A DNA stretch of 53,871 bases, filler included, from Thelocarpon superellum (lineage: Eukaryota), in NCBI GenBank assembly GCA_026025795.1. It is 2 parts of 2 records of this genome, joined end to end, with 100 filler letters (N's around TTAATTAATTAA, not from the genome) between each part and the next. Parts side by side here need not be neighbours in the genome. Positions count along the whole stretch, not along the records: positions 1 to 27,035 come from JAPEUG010000253.1; 1 more part is not named here. One strand, given 5' to 3'. Under the pieces are notes generated by a model. The model was given only the letters and a program-made list of their open reading frames with translations, did not search any database and was not told the origin of the DNA. This document shows, in pieces, positions 1-12,123 of this stretch. Position 1 is the first letter of the stretch. Every line of letters starts with the position of its first letter. Position numbers and translations under genes: made by a program.

Positions 1-33
1 CCTTACTCACGGTGCTGGTATCGCGCGGCACAG

Positions 34-347
34 TGCGAGAAACATTCCAAGAAGGAAGAGGCCCTCACCAAGCTCAAGGAAGGGTCCAAGTTCGACGAGG
101 TGGCCCGAGAATTCTCGGAAGATAAGGCGAGACAAGGTGCGGGATCCGGTGGCTTCTTCTGGTCCCCGATCGGTGGCTGACGCTACGTGCAGGTGGCTCG
201 TTAGGATGGAAGACCCGGGGAAGTTTGGACGCGGCCTTTGAAAAGGCTGCCTACGATCTCGAGCCCAGTACGACGGGGAATCCAAAGTACGTCGAGGTCA
301 AGTCGGGCTTTGGCTATCACATCATCATGGTCGAGGGACGGAAATGA
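34..347 (+). CDS. PIN4: Parvulin-type peptidyl-prolyl cis-trans isomerase (Par14/PIN4), last two exons; 5' part lies outside the window
   Basis: Exons 34-136 and 193-347 (intron GTGCGG..GCTGAC..CAG) translate to [55 protein letters not shown]...[15 protein letters not shown], the characteristic Par14 C-terminus. Confidence 0.95.
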
Positions 348-2413
348 TCACACAGGACCCTGCACCAGATCACCTATTCCTTCGTAGTGCGTAGCTCTGT
401 TCTACGTGAGACCAGCCCTACCGTGTTTCATGCCAGGGCACGCGAAACTGTCGTGCCAGCCATTTCTCTCCGGCTCATCCGATCGGACCGCGTCCCTACG
501 CATGGAATGCGACGACTCCAGCTCGGGAACATTCGCCCGCGCCGACCTCACGGGTATACGCGCGTATCGGAGATTGAAAACAGATCGGAGATTGAAGCGG
601 CAGTTCGGATGCGTCGGCACGTTGACTGCGACGGTATGCTGGAAGTCTGGGTTGTAAGCGCGCAGATCAATGGAAAATAGCAGAAGTAGAGAGGTTTCGC
701 CCCGGCGCCTCCCCAGGGGCCCTGGAAGCTTGGACCAGCTTGTGGGGGTGGCAGAGCATGTCAGCAACTACAGAAGCATGTTGGTATGGGGACAGAGCAA
801 GGGATGAGTCCAAGCGGTCGGAACAGACGGAACAGGGCGGAGGATTGCACTCGTCGGCTGTTTTTCGAAAGAGGGATGCAGTTGCCATCTCATCAGATCT
901 GCAACGTTGTCGCGTACCATGTTGCGTCACCCTAACTGCTGGCGCAGTGCCGCAGACCTGTATGCAGCTGGGTAGAGGAGGAGGGACTGGGGAGGGGGCT
1001 GATGACACGAATCCGGCCCAAGTCAATTGCAGAGACGGTGGCAGACGCAGGACGACACACGGCGCGAGTGAGCGGCGGCGTTTGAATTGATGCATGGAGC
1101 GCCTCCAGGTTGATAGGATCAAGACCATACCGCGTACGAGTACGAAAGCGAGAATGACCCGCGTCGTTTGGGCAGACTATCCTCCAATGGAAAGCCGCAC
1201 AGCCCACGCAACGTCTCGGCACGACTATCCGTCCTCCCACACACGGACGCAGGGTCCCGTGCCCATGGCTCCCGGGACCATCGTCTGGGGCCAGCATGGA
1301 ACAGGGGAGCTACCGGATCCAAATCCTTAGAATACTACGCCGGTCGTCTGCCCCCCAGCGGAAATCATCGATCGCACACCGGGCGCGCACGGTTGGTTGA
1401 TGTGCATGGCTCATGCAATCGCCGAGCAGACAGAACACAGCAGTGGTGCTCGTACGTCGGAGACAAGTAGTCGCAGCAGTAGCCCAATGAGTGACTCGGA
1501 AATCCGAAAAGATCATTTCAGGCTCATCTGATAACTTCCTGACCCTTCCGTGCATGCAACCTGCAGTAGGTTCCGCGCTTGTGCCAGTCCACCCTGCATC
1601 TCCCATGCTTATACGGAGAACGAGCTGCTGCTGTTGCGCTGGAGTGGTGGCTTCCACAAGACGCGTCCTAGTTCGCGGGTCCAGGAGTGGTGCCACCGTG
1701 GCTAGCTGAGAGGGAATCGTGAATCCAACCCCGGTGCCGAATTGGGCCGCGCGATCGCTGGGCGGATTTCAGGCGGGAACGAGAGGGGACGAGGCGAAGT
1801 AGAACGCAAGACGAGACTTCCGTAGTAGTTGCTGTGCTCGGGGTAATATGATCCCTACTAGGCGGTGGAGCTCCCCCCTGCCCAGGCCCGCAACCGTAAA
1901 CATTCCGTAAGCTCCAGAAATAGCGAGGAGCATAACGAGTGAAGCCGCACGCGAGATTCAAGCTTCCCGACGTACGACATACGACATACGACGGTACGAT
2001 GACGGGCGAAAGGCTCCAAATCGCATATCTGATGATGGAACGAACTAGCCGCACCGTGCCCTTTCCTCCGGGAACGCTGCTCCGCTAATTGGTGGTGCCA
2101 GCCGTATGGTCGAGCGTATTGTCCATTTTGGATGCGACGGCAACTTACCCTACACGACCAAGACAGACGCGGAGCTGGCTGGGCCTGGCTGGAGACGGCA
2201 TGGCCGGGGCGTGGCATTACGTGCACCCCCGTCCCACGGAGTATATCTCCTCTCCACTCCTTGGCATCCTGCTCCCCTTGCTTCTGATGCTGCGTTGTTC
2301 AGCTTCTGTGCTGTTGCGATACCCTGCCCGAACTCTTGCAATCCTGGGCATCAGTCAGCGTGAAGGTGCACCTGGACGTGAACGTACCGTGCTTGTGATC
2401 GAGATCCTGCAAG

Positions 2414-3340
2414 ATGAAGCCGTCTCTGTCTTCTCTGATTGTGATCGTGGCCTTCCTGGGTACGGCTCCTCTTCGCATTCAGCCCTGACGTTTCTCCGTC
2501 CGGGCCGGCTGTACTAAACCTGTCACAGCGACGACATGGGCTGAACAAGTCGGCAGCGGAGGGATCGCCGAGCTCGTGGCCAAGGAGGTGCGCCGTGGTG
2601 TCGACGATGCCTTTCCGGCCCTGAAGAAGCGTCAATACGGATACGGATACGGCGGGGCGCCGACGACGATGGCCGTGGTCCCCGCCAACACCGCCGCCGC
2701 CAGTCCTCAAGCCGGCGGCTACGGCGGCGGCAGCAGCGGTGGCGGCAGCAGCGATGGCGACAGCGACGGCGACGACGACTCCTACGGCGGCGGCTACTCC
2801 AGCGTGGCAGCGACGCAACAACGCAACTTCCAAATCGCGCACGGGACGCTAATGGGCCTGGCCTTTGTCGTCATCTTCCCACTCGGCGGGATCGTGGTGC
2901 GCACACTGAACAGCCCGTCCGTGGCCTACGTACACGGCAGCATCCAGGCGATCGGGTACGCCGTCGTGCTCGCGGGGCTTGGGGTGGGCGTGTGGCTGGC
3001 CCAGCACGACGCCTCGTTCCACGTGCCCCACACCGTCATCGGCCTGGTGGTAGTGGGTCTGCTGGCCGTCCAGCTCGCCCTGGGCATCCTCCACCATTCC
3101 ATGTACCTACGCACGCGCCGCGCCTCCGTCCCCACCCACCTGCACATCTGGCTCGGTCGGATCGTGCTCCTCCTCGGCCTCATCAACGGCGGTCTGGGCC
3201 TGCAGCTGGCGGACAACACCCGGTCGGGCTGCATCGCGTACGGCGTTGTGGCTGGCATCGTCGGCGTCTCGTACTTTGTCATTACTGCCACGGCCAAGCT
3301 TGTTGGCTCCAGATCCAGACGTGGTCCCAAGGTTGGATGA
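2414..3340 (+). CDS. Cytochrome b561-domain (FRRS1-like) integral membrane protein with signal peptide and Gly/Ser/Tyr-rich ectodomain
   Basis: Exon 1 2414-2459 (MKPSLSSLIVIVAFL) splices via GTACGG..ACTAAA..CAG (2460-2528) in frame to the 2576 ORF. About five TM segments with heme-type His motifs IAHGTLM, YVHGSIQ, VPHTVIG, ILHHS and THLHIWLGR. Confidence 0.85.
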
Positions 3341-3913
3341 ATCATGAGGGAAGGGGAGGGGGGTGAGGGAAAGGGAGGAAGAAAGGAGCCGCACTCGACG
3401 AGGGGAGGCGGAAAGAGAGAACAGGAGAAATGTAGGAAGATATGGAAGGCCCCATGCACGGATCGGCAGTGATGTCTCCTCCTTTGACGGGCAAAGGCTT
3501 CTTGGCTTTGGCTTCTGGGCCTGACTTTGACGTTGTCTTGGGTGACACAGCGATATTTGACTCCAGAGACCGTGAAACAAAGACAGCTTGTCTGCACTCG
3601 TACGATGAAGGAAGTTATATTCGAACGACCCGCACTCGTACTCATCGTACTCATGCCCATGACCAACTACGTTACGCTCGCTGGGCTTGTATGAGGATGT
3701 TGCCTTGGCGAGCCCTATCTACAAGAACAAGAGATGTGAGATGTGAGAGATGAGACGCGTAAGGAACAATGCCATGGGCCGTCACCCGAGCCGACATATA
3801 CCATCCGAATTCCATCGGTCCCTCCCTAGAGATAGGTAAGTGAAATACCATCTACGCAGCGGTCGACAAAGCGGATAATATCAGGATGCGCCGCCCCCCG
3901 CGCGAAACTCGGT

Positions 3914-3956
3914 GAAAGCGAAAGCGAAAGCGAAAGCGGAAGCGAAAAGCGAAAAA
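3914..3956. repeat. (GAAAGC)n imperfect hexanucleotide repeat in the F-box gene 3' region
   Basis: gaaagcgaaagcgaaagcgaaagcggaagcgaaaagcgaaaaa read directly. Confidence 0.8.
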
Positions 3957-4147
3957 GGACGACGCGATGAGAAGAGACGAGAAGCGCGATGAGAGAATGG
4001 TGGGAGGAGTTGACAGATAGAGAGACGACAAAGCGAAAGAAACGGGGGGTTGCAAAGGACGAGGCCGGGTCGTAAGGGCCGTCATGCTAGACGGCAACGT
4101 GAGGATCGACCGGATTCGGAGACAATGGCCAACGTGATCCATGCGCG

Positions 4148-6361
4148 TCACATGATGGCGCAGCCTCCGCTACGCGCGCGACGACGACGACCGAAGCCAC
4201 CCGTGCCCGCGCCGCCCTCCTCCTCGTCCGCGTGCAGCATGGCGGCCTCCCGGGCGCGGCGTCGACGGCGTCGGCTGCCGGCGCCAACGACGCCCGCCTC
4301 TTCCGTGGCCATCATGTACTCGGCCCACTTGCGCTCGAGGCGACTGGCGGCGGCGAGGTCGCCCTTCAGCACGCGCTTGGTGTGCTCGTCCACCGTCATC
4401 TGCCAGCCGTAGAAGCACTTCAGCTGGATGATCTCGGTGGGGTAGGAGGGCGAGGTGCATCCGGGCGACGGACGTCGCACCTCGGCATTGCACGAGATGA
4501 CCTCGCGGATGCCCGTCCAGGTGACATTCTGACAGTCGTAGATGACGATGCGCAGGCCCACCTCCGGCTGGCAACGCGCCGCCGACCGGGCCGAGCGCTG
4601 GCGCACCGCGTTGGCCGCCTCGGCCAGGCTGAGGTCGCTGATGCGCGTGTTGTCGATGTCGAGATTCTTCAGGCCGCGGCAGCTCTTGAGCAGCGTCATC
4701 ATGCCCGTATCGCCGATGCCCTCGCAGTAGCTGAGGCCGAGGTGCGCCAGGCGGTCGCGGCAGGGTGCATGGGCAATGTTCTTCAACGTCTCGTTGGTGA
4801 TGTGGCTCAGGTCTTCGAGGTCGAGATGCGTCAAGCGTGGGATGGTCGGCAGGAGCTCGCCCAGGCCGGCATCCGTCAGCTCCACGTTGCCGCCGAGCTG
4901 CAGCCCCTCGAGCTCCGGCACGTTCCCCGCCATGCTCTTCAGGGCGCGATCGGTCAGATGGTACAGCTTGCTGATGTCGAGGTGACGCAGCTTGCGCGGC
5001 GGCACGTTGGCGCGACGCGTGAGCGGGCAGATGTCCGGGTTGATGCCCTCGAACAGGATCTTGAAATGCTCGTCGCGGATGTCGGAGCAGCCGTGGATGA
5101 CGAGCCGCTCCAGGCTGTTGATCTCGAACAGCCGCACCATGTTCTGCTGGTCGATGAAGCCGCGGCACTCGTTCATGCGGAGATCGCGCAGGCGCAGGCA
5201 GCCGTCCAGCACCTTGCGCATGCCCCGGGCGTCCATGTTGTAGCACAGATTGACATTCAGATACTCCAGCGCGGGACAGTGCTCCCCGATGACCTTGCAC
5301 GTCGCGTTCGACACGGCGGCCAGTCCACTGAGGTTGAGGTGCACCAGTCGGCTGTTGCGCGAAAGCAGGTAGATGACCGAGGCCCGGTCGACCTGACATC
5401 CCTCCAGGCACACGTTCTCCAGGTTCTGGCAGGCATTCGACACCGCCTCCACCTTGGGGTCGATCTTCAGCTGCACACATCCGCGGAGATTGAGATCCTT
5501 GACGAACGGCCCCGCCGAGGAGATGATCTTGGTGAGGGCCTCGGAGGGAATGCGGCGATAAAAGGGGGAGGCGTCAAGGCTGGTCCATAGCTGGCCATCA
5601 AAGCACATGTGGTGCCAGGCTCGCGATACGGACGAGCATCGGATGATTTCCATCGGCGCTAGATATCGGAGGATCTGCATCTTGATCTCGTCGGGCATCT
5701 CCGTCCAGTAGTCGGGGTTCGGTCGGCCCTTCCATCGCAGCCTGGACCAGGTTGGGGTGAAGACAGCCACGGGTGTGGGCTCGGCGGTGTCCGGCGACGA
5801 AGCATGCACGCCCTCTGCCGCCTCACAGACTTCCGTCGTGGTCGTCAATGGCGACGGCGATGGCCGTGATCCGGGGCGAAGCATGGCGGGGACCGGGACG
5901 CTGGCGGGTCTCCGGTCGCCATCGTCGATGTCGGCTTCGACGACGCGAATGCTGGCGGGACCTTTGGCCTGGTCGGCGAAGGGTAGGTCTCCGCCGGGCG
6001 AGGCGACGATCGAGCTGGGCGCGGTGGAGATGGCCCCGGAGGAATGTGACGAGTCGGAGACGGTGTGAGCGTGACCGTACGGCGTGGCCGTGGAGGAGGG
6101 AGAGGAGGAGGAGGAGGAGGAGGAGGAGGAGAGGGAGACGCAGGATATGGACCCTCGACCGCCCGACCGATAACCCGCGGAGGACAGGCGGCCGATCTTG
6201 GCCAGAGAGGGCGTGGAAGAGATGCGTTGTAGACTCCGGAGCATTCGCTTCGGCCCGGACGGCCGTATGGCAGATGGGGTGGCATGGTCATCATGCGGTA
6301 GATCGGCCGACTCCATGGCCGCGGACGCTTCGACGATGGGATTAGGGACAGCTTGGGCCAT
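4148..6361 (-). CDS. F-box/leucine-rich-repeat protein (FBXL2-like) with C-terminal CAAX box
   Basis: Single long ORF; first ATG at 6361 (the track start at 6430 is TTG). F-box MPDEIKMQILRYL...CSSVSRAWHHMCFDGQLW, many cysteine-containing LRRs (LNLRGC, LNLSGL, LDISKL, LGLSYC), ends RRRRARSGGCAIM*. Confidence 0.92.
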   Translation of the reverse strand: MAQAVPNPIVEASAAMESADLPHDDHATPSAIRPSGPKRMLRSLQRISSTPSLAKIGRLSSAGYRSGGRGSISCVSLSSSSSSSSSSPSSTATPYGHAHTVSDSSHSSGAISTAPSSIVASPGGDLPFADQAKGPASIRVVEADIDDGDRRPASVPVPAMLRPGSRPSPSPLTTTTEVCEAAEGVHASSPDTAEPTPVAVFTPTWSRLRWKGRPNPDYWTEMPDEIKMQILRYLAPMEIIRCSSVSRAWHHMCFDGQLWTSLDASPFYRRIPSEALTKIISSAGPFVKDLNLRGCVQLKIDPKVEAVSNACQNLENVCLEGCQVDRASVIYLLSRNSRLVHLNLSGLAAVSNATCKVIGEHCPALEYLNVNLCYNMDARGMRKVLDGCLRLRDLRMNECRGFIDQQNMVRLFEINSLERLVIHGCSDIRDEHFKILFEGINPDICPLTRRANVPPRKLRHLDISKLYHLTDRALKSMAGNVPELEGLQLGGNVELTDAGLGELLPTIPRLTHLDLEDLSHITNETLKNIAHAPCRDRLAHLGLSYCEGIGDTGMMTLLKSCRGLKNLDIDNTRISDLSLAEAANAVRQRSARSAARCQPEVGLRIVIYDCQNVTWTGIREVISCNAEVRRPSPGCTSPSYPTEIIQLKCFYGWQMTVDEHTKRVLKGDLAAASRLERKWAEYMMATEEAGVVGAGSRRRRRRAREAAMLHADEEEGGAGTGGFGRRRRARSGGCAIM

Positions 6362-8719
6362 GGTCGTGGGCGATCCACACGACGCCCGCGTCAGATCCCA
6401 AGTCCGTTCAATGGCGGGAGGGTCGGTCAAGGAGGGTCACTGGGACGGGGCGGGATGGATTGGAAGGTGACACCCGTCGATCAAGGTCGTACGTGTGGTT
6501 AACAGCGGACTGGGCTGGCCTTCATTCAGGCGTCGATCTGGCACCGGCCACGGCGGGGACACAAAGGAAGTCGGCGTTGACAGGTGCACAGCCGGCGAGG
6601 GTGACGGCGCGTCGACAAGCACCCAACCGGAACCTGTCCTCGTCGAGGTGAGGAGGCTCTCAGCCCGACCTGGTCGGGAATTCCGACGACAATTTCTATC
6701 TGGGCGGGGTTCCAGCGGCGGCTTGGGAGCGTGGTCGGAGGCGTCCGGGCGCGCGGCGACTTCCGAAGGTGCTAGACCAAGGGCCCGGCCGACGGTGGAC
6801 GGGCGACGGGCAGCGGTGGACGGAGGAGAAGGGTCGGGAGCGATTGAAATGCGCCGGTCGTGAGACCGTTTGCGCGCGGCGGATTTGATGTCGCCCGACG
6901 TCTGATGCGGTGTGCCGGTGCGATGGTCACGTCGACGGTGCTGCAGGGGCTGCCAGTCCAGTGGCCGGCGTGGTGGGTGGTCGAACAACCCAGCGCCGCC
7001 CCTCTTCTCGTTATCGATAAGTACCGCTGCCACCCAACAGTACTACTAGTAAGTAGTAGTTACCGTACAAGTATGGTGGAGGACTATCTTAGCGGCGACC
7101 GAGCGGCCCCAACCCACCAAGTCAGTGGGGAGTAGGGGAGATACGAGGGGAGTGGCAGTGAGAGTGGGAGGGGGGAATAGTACGGCAGACCGCACTACCA
7201 CGAGCTACGAGTACAGGTGTCGGGTGTGATCGCGCGACCATGGCGGCCACCGTTCAACGCCCCGCCCAATTCGACCCCCACTGACAGCGCGTGCACGCGA
7301 GACTGCTCAGCCGACCGGGACTTGACCCCCCCGCCGCCGCCACCACCACTACCACCACCCGCGGACATGGTGGTGGCCGAGAGACGGATGACTGGAAGCG
7401 TGAACACGTGGAAAGGCAGGCTTGTGAGCGCGATCGGGCACGAGTGGGCGTCTGGAAGCCCGTGGCGGCGGTGCCGCGCCGGGCTCTGGACCGGAGGCGA
7501 GGATATGCCGGATCGGGTTCGACAGGCAAATACCTCGTGGGAGCGACGCCAGGGTGACGGCAGCAGAAAGATCGAGGTCCAATCGCGAGCTCATCCCCCT
7601 CGTGACAGCACACGCTCACGCTTATCATATGTCGCCATTCCACGGGCTGAGTTGGGCCATCTAGGGTACCTCCAGAACGCGACAGCTGCACGCCACGTCC
7701 CAACAAGACTTCTGGACGGGCAAGAGAAGACGGCGGCTAGTGGTCGAGAACGTTGTCGCCATGCACCAGCCAGTGGCAGCGACCAGCGGAGGCTGCAAAG
7801 GTCAATTGGGTGTCTCACAGCGAGTCCCACTTCGGCTAGCTGGCTCTCGCCTGTAGGCAGGTGGGCCACGACTACCACTGCTAGGACTGTGGTACGTGGA
7901 GTCCGCCAGCTTCTCGTCCGAAGTGCTCCCATTCTTCGTGCCAAATTTAGCTAGCAGCCTGGATCGTCTGTCTAGGGTGAGGCTAGTCGATGGCCGTGCA
8001 CGCAGCCTTGTGCCTCCCTCCGTCCGGGAACTTCTGGATGGCATTCAGGCTGCTTGTACAACGGATCGAGGATCATATGGACGGGGTAGGTGAACTCGAA
8101 CCAAAAACGCGCAGGTTTGAAACATCTAGCAGAGACTTGGAGCGATGGGTCGGATGGGTGTTGATCGCCATCCAAGCGCCAGCCTACAGGCGCGCCCGTC
8201 ATAGCAAAAGGCCTCTGGGATTTTTCTCTGGCTCGTCTAGGCTCGGCCGTGGCGGGAACCAAAGAGCAGCGGACTGCTTTCCGAAGACTGAGCAGCTCTC
8301 CTGTTTCTCTCTGTCAACGTCTCCTCGCACGCGTGATGGGTCGGCGGTGTGCAGCTTGCGGTCCGGACTCGCTCGACCGATGCGCGGTGCCCGGGCCTGC
8401 CGGTGCATGGATGCACCGATCGGAGCCATAGGTCTGAGCGCGCCTCGCGCCCATACCACGCCATCGTAGCCATCTGCGCAGCGGTGGCCGGGGGCGTGTT
8501 GAGACGGCGGAAGCTGGTGGGGCCTGGTGAGAGGTGTGTCGACATGGTGCAACGCGGATGGAATGACACGAAATCTCCCAGGAAGGAAAAGGTGCGCGGC
8601 CTTGGACGTGGTTGTGTTGTTGAGGGTATACGCGTCCCACAGACTCTCCCATCTAATACGCGCACGACGCAAGGGAAGACATCGCCGAAGCCGCCATTGT
8701 TTCCCATTCGACCCGGTTA

Positions 8720-10140
8720 TTATCCGGGCGCGCTGGACATGTGGAGATCCTGCTGCACACTGATGCTCTGGCGTAGCGACTCCTCGACGTCGAATTGCGA
8801 ATCCGGGCCCCGTTCTGAGCGGGTCTCGCTTTCCTCGCCCATCAACTGGCCCTCCCGCGAGAGCGTATCCCATCGATGCCGCGGCGCCGTGGTGGAGGCG
8901 CCGATGGCGACGCTTCGCGGCTTGGAGCTGGACCGGCTTGTGTTGGATGCTTTGGTGCCCGATCCTTTCGACCACGATCGACTCGACCATTTGTTCTTGA
9001 TCGACCGCAGGAACGGCCGGTAGCAGGGCAGGCAGGCGCTGATGATGCCGATGCACACCTCCGCCGTCCCCCAAAGCTCTCCGTTGAGTAAGCTCCCTAT
9101 AGGAGGACGCCTTAGCGTGCGCTCAGATCCCAGAATCCAGGGCAGGACACGTACAGGTCAGATCATCTTGCTGCACGCCAACGAGATAGGGGAGTCGGAT
9201 GAGATTGCCCACGCAGCAGCTATACCACGCACCCCGTTAGTCATGCGCACCGACGCCGCTGACCACGCCGGGCAGATGGACCACGTACAATCCACCTAGA
9301 ATGAAGGCACCCAAGACGGCCCACTTCTCGGCCCGATTGATCTGTATCTGCCAGATCATAGGGATGGGCAGGAGGACGATGCACAGGTCGGTGAACAGAT
9401 TGATGGACAGGCCGGAGATGAAGACGGCATTGGGATTCACACAGGTGCCGTCGATCGACTTGTCCCAATTGTAGGCGATGGGCTGGCACAGGAGTAACGT
9501 CGCCACGAAAATGGAGATCCAGCTCGCATAGGCAAAGGCCCCGATGACGTAGATGGCGAGCCGGAAGGGCGGGCTTTGCATGGTGAAGACGCGACGGTAG
9601 AACAAGAGGAAGGAGGTCTGGATGACCAGCGTCGCCGTGCAATACGACAGGTCTTCGAAGAAAAGCACCTAGCCCCGCCACGTCAGCCCGGTCCTGCGCT
9701 GGTGGATGGTTCGCACGCGCGAAACGCACCTTGGCGTAGGCCGTCAATTGGTCCAAGGTGGAGGCAATCTCATGTTTGCCCTCCCCATACCGTGTTTCTG
9801 CGCACGTCAGCGCTGGCCGGGGGGGGAAGGGTCCAGGATCGGGCGCATCATACCATATATGTTGCCCACGAACATGCCCCACGCAATCAGCTGCGGTGAA
9901 GTCAGTGGGTCGTGGTCAGCTCATCACGAGAGGGACGCGAGCGCAACGCACCAGGGCGATGACAATCGTGTAGTCGTCCGGGCCGAAACCGACCTTGGTC
10001 CATTGTCGTGCGGCCAGGCGAGCAAGGACGCAGATGGTGGCGACAGACATGACGGCACTGACGGAGGCGATGAAATACCCCGTGCGGTCGTCAGTGATAT
10101 GGGCCGTCTGCCACTGGATAGCCTCAGGGCTCAGCGCCAT
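8720..10140 (-). CDS. Pth11-like fungal rhodopsin-domain integral membrane protein (no CFEM domain), 6 exons
   Basis: Five canonical introns join motifs LARLAAR..GFGPDDYTIVIAL, RYGEGKH, SFLLFYRRVF, LLCQPIAYNWDKSIDGTC, DLCIVLLPIPMIWQIQ and AEVCIGIISACLP in one frame. Confidence 0.9.
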
Positions 10141-12123
10141 GTTGCAGAGTCAACGGGAGACCTCGTGGCACCGAATGGCCAGAGCGGTGGTCAGCGCGTG
10201 GTCGCTCCCGGGCATCGCACGCGGTATATATTTCCAAGGCACGCACATGCCAGCCAGATCGCCTGGAGCGCACCGCGCCAGTGGCGTGTTTCTGCCGGCT
10301 CCTGTTCGGGAGCGCGGGATCGTCGGGCAGATGGGGCGGGCCGCCAGGTGGCAGGGACGGGGATGGGAAAGATGTCGCGCTAGGTGGACGAGATAGTAGA
10401 TCCATCGTCGAATGGAGGCGCGTTCATGTTCCCTCCCACCGTCTTGGACTTGAACCGACGGCCGTCATCAAGCTCTCCACGGGCAAGTCTTGTCCCTACC
10501 CTGTGCAGGTACGGAGGACGACGCATGTCCCCGGAGGCCGCGTGTGATCGGTCCTCGCTCCTCCTGTTGATCGGCTCATGGATGATACGGGGGCACTGGT
10601 ACGATTAGGTTGATAAAAGGCCTATTATAGGACGGCTGGCCTCGGGACATTTCATCACGACGCGCCTCCCTGCCCGTTCACGATCGCTGAGAGGGTCGGA
10701 TGAACGACTAGGAGGGACGTGGACCGAATGACGCGACAAGTTCCATGGTTCGCGGATGGATGGGGTGCGAGGGAAGGAGGAAGGAACAAAGGAACAAGGG
10801 AGCGTGGGAGCGAGGCTGCCTATAATGCGCGGACGGCGTAGGAGTTGGCAAATGCAGGTCGAGCTCGACACAGCAGAGACGCTCGCGGTGGACATCCCGG
10901 TGGTTGACGGTCCGCTGTTTGGGAAAAGATTGTACCTTGATTCTTCTGTGAGCACGGTGTATCCCAAGCCTCACCGGCCAGCCAGCCGGCCAGCCAGCCG
11001 GATGGCGAGCCATTCTTTATCGCGGTACTGGTAGTGGCTTCGGACGTCGCCAGCAATGGTCAGCGCGAGCGATATGGCACGGCACTCGCCTATTGAGGGC
11101 CGGAGCAGTTTCGGAAAAGCATGGTAAGTTTATAGCTTAAAGGCCATGACAAGGCTTGTGCAATAATAAATTGACCACGGCACCCTGCTAAGTGGTACTC
11201 GTAGTCCGGATACGGTGGGAGCTCTGGGCGCAGCGGTAATCTCTGGGTCGATCATGGCCTATGGTGAATCGTGGTAGAAGCGTGGCGGGGCGTGCGGCCG
11301 GGAGGGCGGGAGCAGCCGATCAGTAGGGCCTTAACCATCTCCTCTCCGCGTGCGTGCTTGTAGGGTTGGCTAACAGCGGGCCCGCCTGCCCTTAGACCAG
11401 GCACCTCAGCGAACTCGACCTGCACGTTGTGGGTTCCCCGGTCAGCTACGTCACGTAATTGACCTAAGTCGCTAAGGTCAGGCCAGTCAGGTTGGGGGAC
11501 GAATGCAAGCCCGAGTTCACGCTACCGACCCTCCCGAATCCGCGGCCTTAGAGCCCCAGTTAGTACTCGTTCTCTTAGTGCTGTCAGGCTCCCAGGATCG
11601 CATTAGTTTCCTCGGACCGTCAACGGCACCGCGGTAGGCGTGACATAACGGCGTTCGCTAGCACGTACTGGCGGACATCAACATGCACGATGTCTATATC
11701 CTCCCTAACTGGTGTACCCGTACAAATACCCATACTCGTACTTGCACACCTTCTCACCTCTCGTCCAAAGCACGAGGGTCACTCACGTAATCGCAGTCTC
11801 TCAAATGGCGCCAACTATGCAACAGCACGGCCCGCACATACACTCACCTACTGCCACCGACGCCGGCGGAGGCAGGCGGTCGTCTTTCTGTCCCAGCTGA
11901 GGCAGGGCGTTGCGGCACGGACAGAAGTGCGTCGGGTTGGAGCTACCCGTGCCAAGAAGGGAGCTTTGGCGGGTTGTTTGGGAGCTCCAAGTACTTCGTA
12001 CATGTTATGTATCCCAGGCCCGCGCTGGAATGATCGTTCGTGGACGGGATCTGGTCGGGGGCGTGGTCAGCTCCGTCATAACCCTCCTTTGTCTACCTTG
12101 TACTCTTCGTCGGCCCCTCCATC

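Noticed and set aside
348..2400. ORFs 402-767 and 1310-1696 (-) as possible genes
   Set aside because: Non-ATG or weak starts, no recognisable domain, and no coherent exon chain.
4170..5590. Long overlapping ORFs of 436 aa (-) and 452 aa (+)
   Set aside because: Shadow frames of the GC3-rich F-box CDS with no motifs. The same applies to 32046-33002, 35651-36969 and most short ORFs in the track.
7217..8700. ORFs of 245 aa and 159 aa between the F-box and Pth11-like genes
   Set aside because: Arg/Ser/Gly-rich composition typical of non-coding GC-rich DNA; no motif support.
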